From NCBI GenBank assembly GCA_028289405.1, contig JANQPP010000036.1:28297-92296 (forward strand): a DNA stretch of 64,000 nt, written 5' to 3'. This DNA is from Pirellulales bacterium (GTDB taxonomy: Bacteria > Planctomycetota > Planctomycetia > Pirellulales > JANQPP01). The stretch's first letter is position 1; each line of letters opens with the position of its first letter. Positions 28,836 through 38,945 of this stretch are shown piece by piece. The notes below the pieces were generated by a model, which made no database searches, was not told the DNA's origin, and saw only the letters and a program-made list of their open reading frames with translations. The position numbers and the translations under genes are program-made.

Positions 28836-29533
28836 GGAGTTATCGGTCCCTTCTTTCGACCTGTAGTTTTGAAGATCATCTCCAACCGTATCACTCACGT
28901 GTTTCTCGGTGCCCTTGGCTTGGTTCCGCCTAAACAAGCTCGAGGGTTCATGGCTAGCAGTCCGTTGAAAAATGCCCTTCTGACGTTTTTCAAAACTCGC
29001 CGCCGTGTTGGCCTTCATTGGCGCAGCAAAGCTGCTCCCGGATCGCAAAATAACGACTTACGTCGCTATTTTGAGCATCACGTCCGGTGATGCAGCAGCC
29101 AGTTGAATAACTCAACGGGCTGCTAAAGAACGCCCCAACGGTGGTTGCCATGAGATTCTGTCATTAGGCTCCGAGAAAATCATAGGTCGACGGTTTGCCG
29201 CGTTTCGGGGTAATACCCTCGGTTGGCAAGACGAATTAGTTAGTCCCGGTCCACATTTGTCGCATGTTCTAGATTTTCCGAAAATGTCCATCTTGCCGGT
29301 CATGCCGACTTATTCCGGGAAAGGGGAGAGAGGATGCATCGGCAATGGCTGTGCCCCGGGTGAGGGGTACGACGCAGCGTACGGGAACGTTAGGATATCT
29401 CGCCTGTTTCCATCGTCGCCTGCTTGGGCCGGTAGTCCAGCAGGCGAGTGGCTGTTAGGAACTGGGGAGGCTTTCCTCCGGTTCGCTTCCCATTGCCTGC
29501 CCGAGTTACCCCGAAGCGACTCACGGCAGGTTC

Positions 29534-30853
29534 TTGCCAATAACGATTGCCGCTGAATTGTCCGTGACACCAACCACTGCCCGAGAGGAAGAAGAAACAT
29601 CGGAAGCCCGTAACCTATGGGCCATGGCGGCCCAACTCGTCATTTTCCGGTTGGGTTGGATCTTCAAGATTGAAAGCATCGTCATTCCGGCATTCCTCGA
29701 TGCGATTGCCGGTTCGGCGGCACTGCGCGGCTGGCTGCCCGTGCTGAATCGTCTCTGTCAAAGCGTGCCGCCGGTCTTTTTCGCGTCGAGGCTGAGGGCA
29801 ATTCGGAAAAAGAAATACGTCGTCGTGGCCACAGTCTGCATCGAGGCTTTTTTGTTTCTGCTGCTGGCAGGGCTATGGAGAATCAGCGGACAGCAACCGC
29901 GAGCGTGGTTGCCGATCGTGTTTTTTGGCATCTACGCGCTCTTCTTCATCAGCCACGGAATCTACCAGTTAAGTTGGAATACGTTGCAAGGAGAACTCAT
30001 TCGCCCTCACCGCCGGGGCCGCCTAATGGGGATCTCCGACGTGGTCGGCACCGCGCTGGCCCTCTGTTTCGTGTTCACTTTGCTGGTGGCATGGCTGGAA
30101 GGGCCACACGTTCGTTTTGATCTTCTATTCACGTTTACGGGGATTTGTTTCCTGCTCTCGGCCTTCATGGGAGCGGCCATCAAGGAGCCCGAGGATGAGG
30201 AGGTGGATGATCCGTCGTTGTTGGAGACGGTAGGCGGCTGGCGTACCCCTTTCGCAGATGGCAAGTTTCGTCGCGTGGCGGGCGTGGCAATGTGCTTCAG
30301 CACATTCCAGATGATGCTGCCGCATTTCCAAGCGTATGGGCGGGAACGCCTGGACGTGCCGATTGGAGACTTGGCGAAGTTCGTCGCCGCGCAGATCATC
30401 GGCACGGCCACGCTAAGCTTATTGGCGGGGACCGCCGCTGACCGCCACGGCACGAGGTGGGTGTTGCGGGTACTGATGACGACGGCCACCACGGTCCCTC
30501 TGCTCGCGATGAGTTTCGCTTGGTTGCCACGCGAGATCGCCGGCCGATGGTACGGTGCTCTGTTTATGTTTGTCGGGATCACCCCTATTGGCTTCAAGAT
30601 GCTCCTCAATCACACGCTGGAAATCAGCCCTCTCTCGGAGCATCCGCGATATCTGAGTACCTTGGGCCTGTGCCTGCTCTTGCCGCTTGTTTTTTCTCCT
30701 TTGTATGGCTGGGCAATCGACGAATGGGGCTATTCATTTGGATTCATGGTTGGTGCTTTCTGTGTCGGCTGCGGCGCCGTGCAAACGATTTTCCTCGCGG
30801 AGCCCCGGAGAGACGCGGCGCCGCCATCCGTCTTTTCGGACCTGTCTTCCTAA
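29534..30853 (+). CDS. MFS-type transporter
   Basis: About 12 TM segments in two halves. 29534 is the longest TTG extension; ATG 29624 (MAAQLVIF...) is an equally plausible start. Confidence 0.65.
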   Translation: MPITIAAELSVTPTTAREEEETSEARNLWAMAAQLVIFRLGWIFKIESIVIPAFLDAIAGSAALRGWLPVLNRLCQSVPPVFFASRLRAIRKKKYVVVATVCIEAFLFLLLAGLWRISGQQPRAWLPIVFFGIYALFFISHGIYQLSWNTLQGELIRPHRRGRLMGISDVVGTALALCFVFTLLVAWLEGPHVRFDLLFTFTGICFLLSAFMGAAIKEPEDEEVDDPSLLETVGGWRTPFADGKFRRVAGVAMCFSTFQMMLPHFQAYGRERLDVPIGDLAKFVAAQIIGTATLSLLAGTAADRHGTRWVLRVLMTTATTVPLLAMSFAWLPREIAGRWYGALFMFVGITPIGFKMLLNHTLEISPLSEHPRYLSTLGLCLLLPLVFSPLYGWAIDEWGYSFGFMVGAFCVGCGAVQTIFLAEPRRDAAPPSVFSDLSS

Positions 30854-31016
30854 TCCATTCGGTGCCAATTGGTCCGTCACCTCCCGCGGCAACCTCACGA
30901 AATTCTCATACTCTCGCCGATTTCCAATGCAGGTTCGGTATGGCATGATACGCGGCAACTCCGTGCGCTTTCCCGGAGATACTCGCCGCGCCCATATATT
31001 GAGCTTGCATCATCGC

Positions 31017-32345
31017 ATGAGTGCTTCTCTTCTTCGCCGCTGGCAAACGATTACAGCCTCCACGCTTTTCGTGGGCTATGCCGGTTACTATATCTGCCGC
31101 TCCAACTATTCCGTGTCGCTCCCGTTGCTCAAGGATGAGTTTTTAGGGAGTGGCCTGGGCAAGGAAGAGTTTGGTTCGATTGCGACGGCAGGCGTTTTGG
31201 CCTACGCCTTCGGCAAGGTCGTCAATGGATTGTTGGTCGATTACCTGGGCGGACGTCGATTTTTTATTTTTGGCATGCTGGCCTCCGTGGCTTGCACGGT
31301 CTGGTTTGGCTTAGCGAGCGGGTTCACCTTGTTTGCTTTGGCCTGGGTAGCCAACCGTTTCGTGCAATCCATGGGGTGGGTGGCGCTGGTGAAAACTTCT
31401 TCCCGTTGGTTTCCCGCGAGACGCCATGCATCGATTTTGGGCGTCTTGTCGATGAGTTACCTGTTGGGGGATGCATTCGCGCGTTTCTATTTAGGGTTTT
31501 TCTTACAAGCAGGATTCGGTTGGCGTGGGGTGTTTTTCGTGAGTGCGGCCACGCTGGGAGGGATCGCGCTGGCCAGCCGCTTCTTGCTCAAAACTTCCCC
31601 TCAGGACGTGGGCGCGGAGGAACCTTCCACTAGTGTGATCAACGTCTTCGGTGAGAAGGGGGAGCAAGTCAAGCCCGCCAATTTGCGGGAGTTGCTCATG
31701 CCCCTATTAACGAGTTTTGCTTTTTGGACGGTCTGCGTGATGAACTTTGGACTGACGCTTCTCCGCGAGACGTTCAATACCTGGAATCCGCTGTTCTTGG
31801 CCGAAGCCGCCGGTGCCACCAACGAGCAAGCCGCCTTTTATAGCGGCTTTTTCCCTTTGGTGGGGGCCGTATCCGCGCTGTTGGCTGGGTATCTTTCCGA
31901 TTCTTGGGGCGCGCGGCATGGCCGAGTGGTCGTTCCCTCGCTGCTGATGCTCATCGTGACCACCTACTGGCTTAGCCGGGCGGATGTCTCCGGAAGCCCT
32001 GCCTACGCGGCATTTCTCACCAGCCTGGTCTCTTTCTTCCTCATCGCTCCGTACACCTTCCTTTCCGGAGTGATCGCGTTGGATTTAGGCGGAAAACTGG
32101 GAAGTTCCACGACCGCCGGCCTGATCGATTCCGCCGGTTACCTGGGTGGCGCGCTCGCCGGTTGGGGGATCGCCAAAATTGTCGAGGACTATGGTTGGAG
32201 CCAGGGCTTTCAAACGCTGATGATTACCGCCGTGATTACCACCGTGGTGGCCATCGCTTACTGGATTCACCAAGAGAAGATGCACCGACGTTTGGCTGGG
32301 TCGTTGGCCTCGCCGGCGAATCCGATGGAGCCAAAAGGCGTGTGA
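31017..32345 (+). CDS. MFS organophosphate:phosphate antiporter family transporter (GlpT/UhpC-like)
   Basis: FVGYAGYYICRSNYSVSLPLL, GKVVNGLLVDYLGGRR and SSRWFP match OPA-family signatures. Start trimmed to ATG 31017. Confidence 0.8.
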   Translation: MSASLLRRWQTITASTLFVGYAGYYICRSNYSVSLPLLKDEFLGSGLGKEEFGSIATAGVLAYAFGKVVNGLLVDYLGGRRFFIFGMLASVACTVWFGLASGFTLFALAWVANRFVQSMGWVALVKTSSRWFPARRHASILGVLSMSYLLGDAFARFYLGFFLQAGFGWRGVFFVSAATLGGIALASRFLLKTSPQDVGAEEPSTSVINVFGEKGEQVKPANLRELLMPLLTSFAFWTVCVMNFGLTLLRETFNTWNPLFLAEAAGATNEQAAFYSGFFPLVGAVSALLAGYLSDSWGARHGRVVVPSLLMLIVTTYWLSRADVSGSPAYAAFLTSLVSFFLIAPYTFLSGVIALDLGGKLGSSTTAGLIDSAGYLGGALAGWGIAKIVEDYGWSQGFQTLMITAVITTVVAIAYWIHQEKMHRRLAGSLASPANPMEPKGV

Positions 32346-33439
32346 TGCCCGATTGTTTGGCCGCGACTTTTGAAGGATCAAGACAACCGCTCACGCTGCG
32401 GCGTTTGCCGTTGCCTGATTTGAAGGACGGAGAGGCGCTCGTTCGCGTGGAATGTTGCACATTGTGTGGCAGCGATCTGCACACTTTGGATGGACGGCGA
32501 GAATCCCCGGTGCCAACAATTTTGGGGCATGAAGCCGTGGGGCGCATCGAGCGTTTGCCGCCTGGTGAAAAATTACTGGCCCACGACGGTTCCACGTTGC
32601 AAACTGGCGACCGGGTCACGTGGACCATCATGGCCCATTGCGGAAAATGTCGCCGCTGCCGTCGCGGCTGGCCTCAAAAATGTGAGACGCTCTTCAAGTA
32701 CGGCCATGAACCCTTGGGAAGCCGGTCAGCATTATTCGGCGGCATGGCCCAGTTCGTGCATCTGGTGGCGGGAACTTCGATTTTTCGCCTTCCCGACGAA
32801 TTGCCGGCCCGTGTGCTGTGTCCGGCGAATTGCGCCCTCGCCACGGTGATGGCGGTTTTTCGCGTACTGGGCAATGTGAGCGATGAGGTCGTGCTGATTC
32901 AGGGAGCGGGAATGCTGGGGTTGGCCGCCGTGACATTGGCCCGTCGAGGTGGGGCCAAACAAATTATCGTCACGGACCCCATTCCGGCTCGGCTACGTTG
33001 GGCGGAAAGGCTGGGAGCGACCGCCACGGTGAATGTGTCCCAAGAAGCTGGCTCCTTGCCAGAAGTGGTTCATGCTTTGAGCAATGGAGAGGGCGTGGAT
33101 GCCGCCGCCGACTTTAGCGGATCGTCCGCGGCGATTGAGCAGGCATTGCCTTTGCTGGGCATTGGAGCCCGATACGCGCTGGCGGGTGCCGTGTTGCCTG
33201 GGCCGCCGGTCTCGTTGCTAGCCGAACAGGCCGTACGGCGTTGCCTCCGCATCGAAGGCGTGCATAACTACACGCCAACAGATTTAGGGGACGCCTTGGT
33301 CTTCTTGGAAAACTCGGCGAAAGAATTTCCTTGGGACGAATTGATTTCACCCGAGTATGCACTGAACGAGTTGGACGCCGCGCTATCGATGGCACGTTCC
33401 GGGCGATTTGCCCGCGTGGCGATCGCGCCCGGCAAGTGA
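32345..33439 (+). CDS. Zinc-dependent medium-chain dehydrogenase/reductase
   Basis: CTLCGSDLH and GHEAVG catalytic-Zn motif, structural-Zn cluster CGKCRRCRRGWPQKC, and GAGMLG Rossmann loop. The ATG overlaps the transporter stop (TGATG). Confidence 0.8.
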   Translation: MPDCLAATFEGSRQPLTLRRLPLPDLKDGEALVRVECCTLCGSDLHTLDGRRESPVPTILGHEAVGRIERLPPGEKLLAHDGSTLQTGDRVTWTIMAHCGKCRRCRRGWPQKCETLFKYGHEPLGSRSALFGGMAQFVHLVAGTSIFRLPDELPARVLCPANCALATVMAVFRVLGNVSDEVVLIQGAGMLGLAAVTLARRGGAKQIIVTDPIPARLRWAERLGATATVNVSQEAGSLPEVVHALSNGEGVDAAADFSGSSAAIEQALPLLGIGARYALAGAVLPGPPVSLLAEQAVRRCLRIEGVHNYTPTDLGDALVFLENSAKEFPWDELISPEYALNELDAALSMARSGRFARVAIAPGK

Positions 33440-33451
33440 ATTGTTTGCGGA

Positions 33452-34489
33452 TCAACTGGCAAGAGGCCGATAGGAAGGCTTGCCCGCGATGGCGGTCCGC
33501 AGGCTGAGCAGCAAGGAACCGCAGGTGATGTACAGCGTGCAGAGATCCTCACCGCCGAAGGTGCAGTTGGTAATCGTATCCTCCGGCGTCTCGCGAAACG
33601 CGAGCAGTTCACCCCGGGGAGACACGACGTGGATACCTGGTCGTGTCTCCAAGGTCTCGCTCGTGTCGCGAAGGCGGTGCAAGCCGGCGGCGATGTAGAG
33701 ATTTCCCTCCTCGTCAATGCACATACCATCGCCGCTACGTCCCGGGTAAAAATCGATAAGCACACGGCCATTGCGGACGCTGCCATCGGCTTGCAGGTCA
33801 TAGGCGCGAATGTCGCGATGGCGATTCGCGTCTGGGTGGGCCTCCACCAGATAAAAAGTGGTTTCATCCGGGGAAAGCACCAAGCCGTTAGGCATGTGCA
33901 CTTCCGGCTCCGCCAGAATTTGATGCAGCGAACCATCGGGGTCCCAACGATAGACGGCGTTGGCGTTCGTGGTCTCCGGCCCCTTAAATCCGGAAGGCCG
34001 TGAAGAGAAATAGATCCGTCCTTGCTGGTCCCAACAGAGATCGTTCGGAGGCGCGAGCGGCAAGCCGGCATAACGGTTGGCAAGAACCGTGGTTTCGTCG
34101 GTCTCCACATCGATCCGCACCAATCGGCCCGACTCCCCTTCACAAGCTAGCAGCCGTCCCTCGCGGTCGAACATCAAGCCGTTGGCTTCTTGGGAGTCTT
34201 CGCGAAACGTTTCCAAGGATCGCGACTCCGGATGCCAACGGAGGATTTTGGACTGCGGAATATTCGTGAAATAGACTCGCCCTTGCCGGTCAACGGCGGG
34301 GCCTTCGGTGAAGGCGGGCTCGCTCTCCAGGCGAGTTTCGACCTGAACCGGGCCCAGATAGTCGTCGGTCCGCAGGTTTTCGTAACGGCCCCGACGTTCT
34401 TCCGCCGCCGCTGACATGGTGAATCCTCCACTCACGGCGACCACGAGGGATTGGCGCAGAAAGTCCCGTCGATGCCACGTATTTTGCAT
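33452..34489 (-). CDS. SMP-30/gluconolactonase/LRE-family beta-propeller with a twin-arginine signal
   Basis: MQNTWHRRDFLRQSL...AAAEE TAT signal. Repeated propeller blades (EGPAVD, NGLMFD, PNDL, PNGLVL, DGMCID). Start trimmed to ATG 34489. Confidence 0.8.
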   Translation of the reverse strand: MQNTWHRRDFLRQSLVVAVSGGFTMSAAAEERRGRYENLRTDDYLGPVQVETRLESEPAFTEGPAVDRQGRVYFTNIPQSKILRWHPESRSLETFREDSQEANGLMFDREGRLLACEGESGRLVRIDVETDETTVLANRYAGLPLAPPNDLCWDQQGRIYFSSRPSGFKGPETTNANAVYRWDPDGSLHQILAEPEVHMPNGLVLSPDETTFYLVEAHPDANRHRDIRAYDLQADGSVRNGRVLIDFYPGRSGDGMCIDEEGNLYIAAGLHRLRDTSETLETRPGIHVVSPRGELLAFRETPEDTITNCTFGGEDLCTLYITCGSLLLSLRTAIAGKPSYRPLAS

Positions 34490-34620
34490 GGATGTATTCC
34501 AACCTTGTTCGATGTCCCACACGGGGATAAGACGAGCGGATTATCCCCCAATTGGCCGCGCGACTCAAGCAAAGGTCTTGCGAATTTGAGTGCCTGTCCG
34601 CGGTGGGGAAATGAAATCGG

Positions 34621-35037
34621 CTAACGGCCTTCGGCCATGCCCAAATATCCCGCGCTGGACTGAAAATATCGCTGGCGGCGGGCAGTGCGCGAATCGTTCG
34701 ATTCCTGCTGGCGTTGTTGCAAGTCGGCCAAGTTGGCCTGACAGTAGCGGCAGCCGATCGTTTGCAGGTGAAATTCGAGATACTCCGCTTCTTCGTCTGG
34801 CAGTACCCCGAGCAAGTAACTGCCCAGCGTTTCACGGTTAGGGCAGCTCACGCGATGCCGCCGCCAGATGGAGCCCAAGGTATGCACGCCCGCGTCGCGG
34901 CGGGCAGCCAATTCCGCCAACCGGTGTAGCGTGTCGGGATCTTCCCGCAACACGGCTTCCAATTGAGACATCGCGCCCACCGGGAGCATCTCATCGAGAT
35001 AGGCTTCCAGTTCGGCGTCGCTGAAGTTTTTGCTCAT
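34621..35037 (-). CDS. Putative cytoplasmic anti-sigma factor (Cys/His zinc-finger type)
   Basis: 138 aa immediately downstream of the ECF sigma gene (34-nt gap). FHLQTIGCRYCQ resembles the zf-HC2 motif, although with H-x5-C-x2-C spacing. No TM segment. Confidence 0.5.
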   Translation of the reverse strand: MSKNFSDAELEAYLDEMLPVGAMSQLEAVLREDPDTLHRLAELAARRDAGVHTLGSIWRRHRVSCPNRETLGSYLLGVLPDEEAEYLEFHLQTIGCRYCQANLADLQQRQQESNDSRTARRQRYFQSSAGYLGMAEGR

Positions 35038-35071
35038 GGCGGGAAGTGGATAGTTTATGAATTACACGGCA

Positions 35072-35713
35072 TTAATTTTCATACAGTTCGGGGAAGATTT
35101 CGCCGGAAAGCCCCTGCTTGCGAATCCGCGAGCGGAGGCGGGCGATAAAATCGAACTTGAAATTCGCCACCTGTTGTTCCGTGATCTCCAGGAATTCGGC
35201 GGTGTCCTTGTTGGCCCAACCTCCCACGAACAGCAGTTCGATGCATTTGAGTTTGGTCCAATCCCCTTTGTTTCGCCAATGCTCTACCAACTCTTCCAGG
35301 CAAGCCGTGAGTGCCTGGTCTTCCATCCGCCGCCGCTCTTGGCTGCGATGGATGCTGCTGGCATGTCGGGCCGAGCCGGGCACTTCCCAGGAGCCGGTAT
35401 TGCTCGTTTCGGCATTCAAGCTGATCGCCGGACGGCGTCCTTCGCGGCGCATATGGTCGGTCAGTTTGTGGGCGGCGATGGAAAACAGATAGCTTTCCAA
35501 GGGGCGGGCCGCATCATAATTTGGCAGGCTTACCACGAAGCCAATGAAGGCTTCCTGGACAACATCCTCACTCGTGGAGCGGTTGCCGATTCGGCTTTCC
35601 ACGAACGCCAACAGCCGGCCTTCGAATCGGGAGATGAATTCGTCCCACGCCGGAGTTTCGCCCGCGCGAATCCGGGCCACCAGCAGTTGGTCGGCGTTCG
35701 AAGTAGAGGGCAT
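35072..35713 (-). CDS. ECF-type RNA polymerase sigma factor
   Basis: Sigma-70 region 2 (FEGRLLAFVESRIGNRSTSEDVVQEAFIGF...YLFSIAAHKLTDHMRR) and region 4 (DTAEFLEITEQQVANFKF). Confidence 0.85.
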   Translation of the reverse strand: MPSTSNADQLLVARIRAGETPAWDEFISRFEGRLLAFVESRIGNRSTSEDVVQEAFIGFVVSLPNYDAARPLESYLFSIAAHKLTDHMRREGRRPAISLNAETSNTGSWEVPGSARHASSIHRSQERRRMEDQALTACLEELVEHWRNKGDWTKLKCIELLFVGGWANKDTAEFLEITEQQVANFKFDFIARLRSRIRKQGLSGEIFPELYEN

Positions 35714-35793
35714 GGGTAATTATGGAGTGTGTCGAACCGCTTTCGCGTAACTCGGGCGAACGGAAGCCGGGCCTGGAGGAAACGCGGCGTAGC

Positions 35794-36897
35794 CTAAAAC
35801 CAATCCGCCAAGTTATCTAGGATCATCAACCCAGCGAATCCCAAGGCCAGTATCATTCCCGTGCCGAGAAATCGCAACCGCCACGTGTAATACCCGCCCG
35901 TGGCGGTGTCGAGTTTCAAATACGCGAAAACCACGCTCAGAATAGAGAGCACCATACCGGCGCCCCAGCCAGTGAGCGTGATGCGGCGTTTAGCCACGGC
36001 TTGCTGCCAAAGCTGCTCCATTTCCCTCCGCGCGGCGGAATCGAATTTGAGTCGCGTCCATCCGAGGAACACTTCCATCTTTTTAGACGGAACACCGACC
36101 TCGATCTCGCGGCGTTCCGCATAGTGTTCCGCATTCTGGAATTGGCGTTCCAGGAATTCCCACGGCAGGCGAATCCCATGGTGGGCATCCGAGACGAGCT
36201 GATTTAAATAGTCGTGCGTACGATTCGCCGCCGCCTGAAGAAGCTTCCGCTGAAGCTCTTGGACGCCCGAAGCGGCTTCGGCGGAGATCGCGATGACGTA
36301 GTCGTCCCCTTCCATGCGGCCGGTATGGTGTGGGCTGGCTTCGTCCAGCCAATCGGGACGTTTTCCCGATGCTTCGATCAACCGCGACTGCATGTCATCT
36401 GAAAGTATCGAAGCGGAAGCAAAGTCCGCCACGATTTCTTGCTGTACGGGCACCGGTTCAGGTTCAGATGCTTCACCCGCTTCCTCAGGGCGCTCACTGC
36501 ATTCTTTTTCGATCACGATTTCGGTCACGGAGTCCGCAACGATGTGTTCGTGCGCTACTTCTTCGAGTTGGATTTCTATGGAATGGACCTCGGGCATGGG
36601 CCGCGCATGCTGTTGGCGAATTTGTGGGAATTTATGATTCACGAACGCGGAGAGAGCGGAGCCGTGTCGGTCGGATTCTTGGACCCTCGTCGCGCGAATG
36701 AACATGACAATTCCTACCAAGGCAACCACGAACAGCCAGCCACCGCCGCCTCGGCATCTTCCGTGCGTAGCGGAAGCCGTATTGTGGCCACAGCGGCGTA
36801 TTGCTCGCACGATTGCCACGAATCCCGTCAAGAAAATGGTTGCCAGTCCGATGAGGACGAACAAACCAACGAATGAAATTCCCGCGTCAACAGCCAT
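35794..36897 (-). CDS. Membrane protein of unknown function (2 N-terminal + 3 C-terminal TM segments, acidic central region)
   Basis: 367-aa ORF whose ATG overlaps the kinase stop (TAATG at 36895-36899). Hydrophobic segments at both ends. I recognise no family. Confidence 0.55.
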   Translation of the reverse strand: MAVDAGISFVGLFVLIGLATIFLTGFVAIVRAIRRCGHNTASATHGRCRGGGGWLFVVALVGIVMFIRATRVQESDRHGSALSAFVNHKFPQIRQQHARPMPEVHSIEIQLEEVAHEHIVADSVTEIVIEKECSERPEEAGEASEPEPVPVQQEIVADFASASILSDDMQSRLIEASGKRPDWLDEASPHHTGRMEGDDYVIAISAEAASGVQELQRKLLQAAANRTHDYLNQLVSDAHHGIRLPWEFLERQFQNAEHYAERREIEVGVPSKKMEVFLGWTRLKFDSAARREMEQLWQQAVAKRRITLTGWGAGMVLSILSVVFAYLKLDTATGGYYTWRLRFLGTGMILALGFAGLMILDNLADWF

Positions 36898-38945
36898 TAT
36901 GCAATCGCCTCCTTCGCGTCGGTGACCACAAATTTTCGGTCAGCAGGATCGATCCACGGACTGCCGATTTGCACGGCGATGGAAATCGTGGCCGCTGCCA
37001 TCAATCCCCAAGGCTGTGGAAAGTGCCAAAACAGGCTCAACAGCCAGGCCCAAAACACGCTCGTGAGGGTGGCCCATACATCCAGGCGGTTTCGCCGCAA
37101 CGGATCAGAGACTTTCCACCAGCGAAGCGCCACGAACAGCAGGCCGAAATAGGTCGCGAACGCGGGCCAGCGAGGCTGGGCATCCATGGAGTAATAAAAC
37201 GGAGACATTTCCCGCAGCGAGGCGACCGAACCCGTCTGCATTTCGTGTGGCAGGTTGACGAAGAAACTTTGTGCCGTGACGTATGCCACCAATCCTACGC
37301 CGAGGCCGACGAACAGGAGCACGAAGCGGCGGAGAATAGCATCACCCCGGCTGCCTTCCCACCACTTGGAGGGAACCAAAATGGCCCAGGCACCGGCGCC
37401 GCTCACGAGCGCCAACCAAAGGTATTCATCCATGGCGAAGGGCCGCCGCCGCATGAGCATCAGCGCGAATGCGGCCACGGCGGACACGATCCCGCTTAAA
37501 ATCAAAGAGCCGACCAGTTCGGTGAAGCGTTGCGTGCGGCCTTTTTTCGGCAACATGGGCCGGCCATAGCGCGGCGCGAGTTTTCGAGCCGCAACTGCGG
37601 GTTTTGGATCAGCTACGGGAGTCGCCGGCGTGGCGACGGCCGCGGGCTGGGGAGGCTCCGGTGCTTCCGCTGGCGGATGGCTTACCGCCGGTTGAACCTT
37701 GGCAACTTGAGCGGTCTTCGCGGCAGGAGTTTCCTCTAGAGATAGCACGATGGCGCGAATGACAAAGTAGATCCCATAGATGAAGAGGATCGGGAAGAAA
37801 AACCACAAGAGTTGTCGATTGATGATCAACGACGCCAGGCAAGCCACCAAGATCGCGACCTTCGCGCCATGGGGCAAATTGGCTTTGGTCCACGCGCCCT
37901 GCAACTGGCCTCCCGCCTCGCGTACGGCCCGCAGAATCGGCTCGTCCGTCGCGACTGGCTTGGCCTCGGGAAACTTCGCCGCGTCCACGGGAGTTTCCAC
38001 TTTCTTGGTGGAAGTGGCCCAAACTTTGGGCTCCACGCGGCCCATTTTTCCCGGAGCGGTTTCGGGCAGCAAATCGAGCAATTCCTGCACCGACTTGACG
38101 CGCTCGCTCGGGTCCTTGGCCAGACATTTGCCGACGATCGTACGAAAGGGCTCCTCTAGGGCGGAGAGATCCGGTTCGGCGGTAAGGTGCTTCATCAAGA
38201 CCTCGCCGACGCTTTCGCCCTCGAACGGGACTCGACCCGTGAGCATCTCGAAGAGGATGATTCCCAGGGCGTAGACATCGATTTCCTTGCCGTACCGCCC
38301 GTTGGCCACCTCTGGTGCCATGTAATGCACCGTGCCTACACTCTCGGTTTGTCCGCTGCGGCGGCTGCACGACACGAACTTCGAAAGCCCGTAATCGCCG
38401 ACTTTAACGATCCCTTCGTCGAAGAAAATATTGCCGGGCTTGAGATCCCGATGCACGATGCCATGGTCATGCAAGCAGGCCACGCCCGCCGCGATACCAT
38501 GCATCCAGGCGACGGCCTCTTCCACGGGCAGGCCCTGGGGATGCTTGTCGAGGACATCCTCCAGCGAGTCGCCGGAGACGTATTCCATGACAACCCAGTT
38601 ATCATTCCGGTCGTCGATCTTGACGTCGTGCAGCGCCAGCAAATGGGGATGTTTCAAGTTCAGACAATGGCTGACTCCCCGCAGTTCGATGTCCAGGTTG
38701 CGGCGGATCAGCTTGAGAGCGACTTCCTTGCCACCATCGCTGGTGGCGTAGTAGACTTCGCCGAAGCCCCCGTGCCCGATCCCCCGCTTGATGGTGTAAC
38801 CGGCCAAGGGACGGGAACCGCTGGCATAGGTGAATTTGGCGTCTCCACCAATGCCGTGAGGTGAGGCGACCGGCTGGGTGGCACGCAAGTTCATGGATTC
38901 GCTCCGGTTGGATTCTTTCGCTTCGGCGGTAACCAGCGCGTGCAT
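36897..38945 (-). CDS. Ser/Thr protein kinase with a Pro-rich linker and a C-terminal polytopic membrane domain
   Basis: GHGGFGEVY, VALK, HRDLKPGN, DYGLS and APE Hanks motifs, followed by about 7 TM segments. ATG 38894 (MNLRATQ, GGAG upstream) is an alternative start. Confidence 0.9.
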   Translation of the reverse strand: MHALVTAEAKESNRSESMNLRATQPVASPHGIGGDAKFTYASGSRPLAGYTIKRGIGHGGFGEVYYATSDGGKEVALKLIRRNLDIELRGVSHCLNLKHPHLLALHDVKIDDRNDNWVVMEYVSGDSLEDVLDKHPQGLPVEEAVAWMHGIAAGVACLHDHGIVHRDLKPGNIFFDEGIVKVGDYGLSKFVSCSRRSGQTESVGTVHYMAPEVANGRYGKEIDVYALGIILFEMLTGRVPFEGESVGEVLMKHLTAEPDLSALEEPFRTIVGKCLAKDPSERVKSVQELLDLLPETAPGKMGRVEPKVWATSTKKVETPVDAAKFPEAKPVATDEPILRAVREAGGQLQGAWTKANLPHGAKVAILVACLASLIINRQLLWFFFPILFIYGIYFVIRAIVLSLEETPAAKTAQVAKVQPAVSHPPAEAPEPPQPAAVATPATPVADPKPAVAARKLAPRYGRPMLPKKGRTQRFTELVGSLILSGIVSAVAAFALMLMRRRPFAMDEYLWLALVSGAGAWAILVPSKWWEGSRGDAILRRFVLLFVGLGVGLVAYVTAQSFFVNLPHEMQTGSVASLREMSPFYYSMDAQPRWPAFATYFGLLFVALRWWKVSDPLRRNRLDVWATLTSVFWAWLLSLFWHFPQPWGLMAAATISIAVQIGSPWIDPADRKFVVTDAKEAIA

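Noticed and set aside
33268-34143. 291-aa ORF on the same strand as the SMP-30 lactonase gene but in another frame
   Set aside because: It overlaps the propeller gene, which has clear family motifs and a TAT signal. The alternative-frame product is Arg/Cys/Pro/Thr-rich and matches no family.
34523-34548. GGGGATAA-N10-TTATCCCC hairpin as terminator of the sigma/anti-sigma operon, and similar GC hairpins at 46366..46392 (after comF), 48376..48402 (after hemC) and 7972..7994
   Set aside because: The stems are good (8-9 bp), but none is followed by a U-tract on the relevant strand. I could not call them intrinsic terminators. They may still act as terminators or stabilisers in this lineage.
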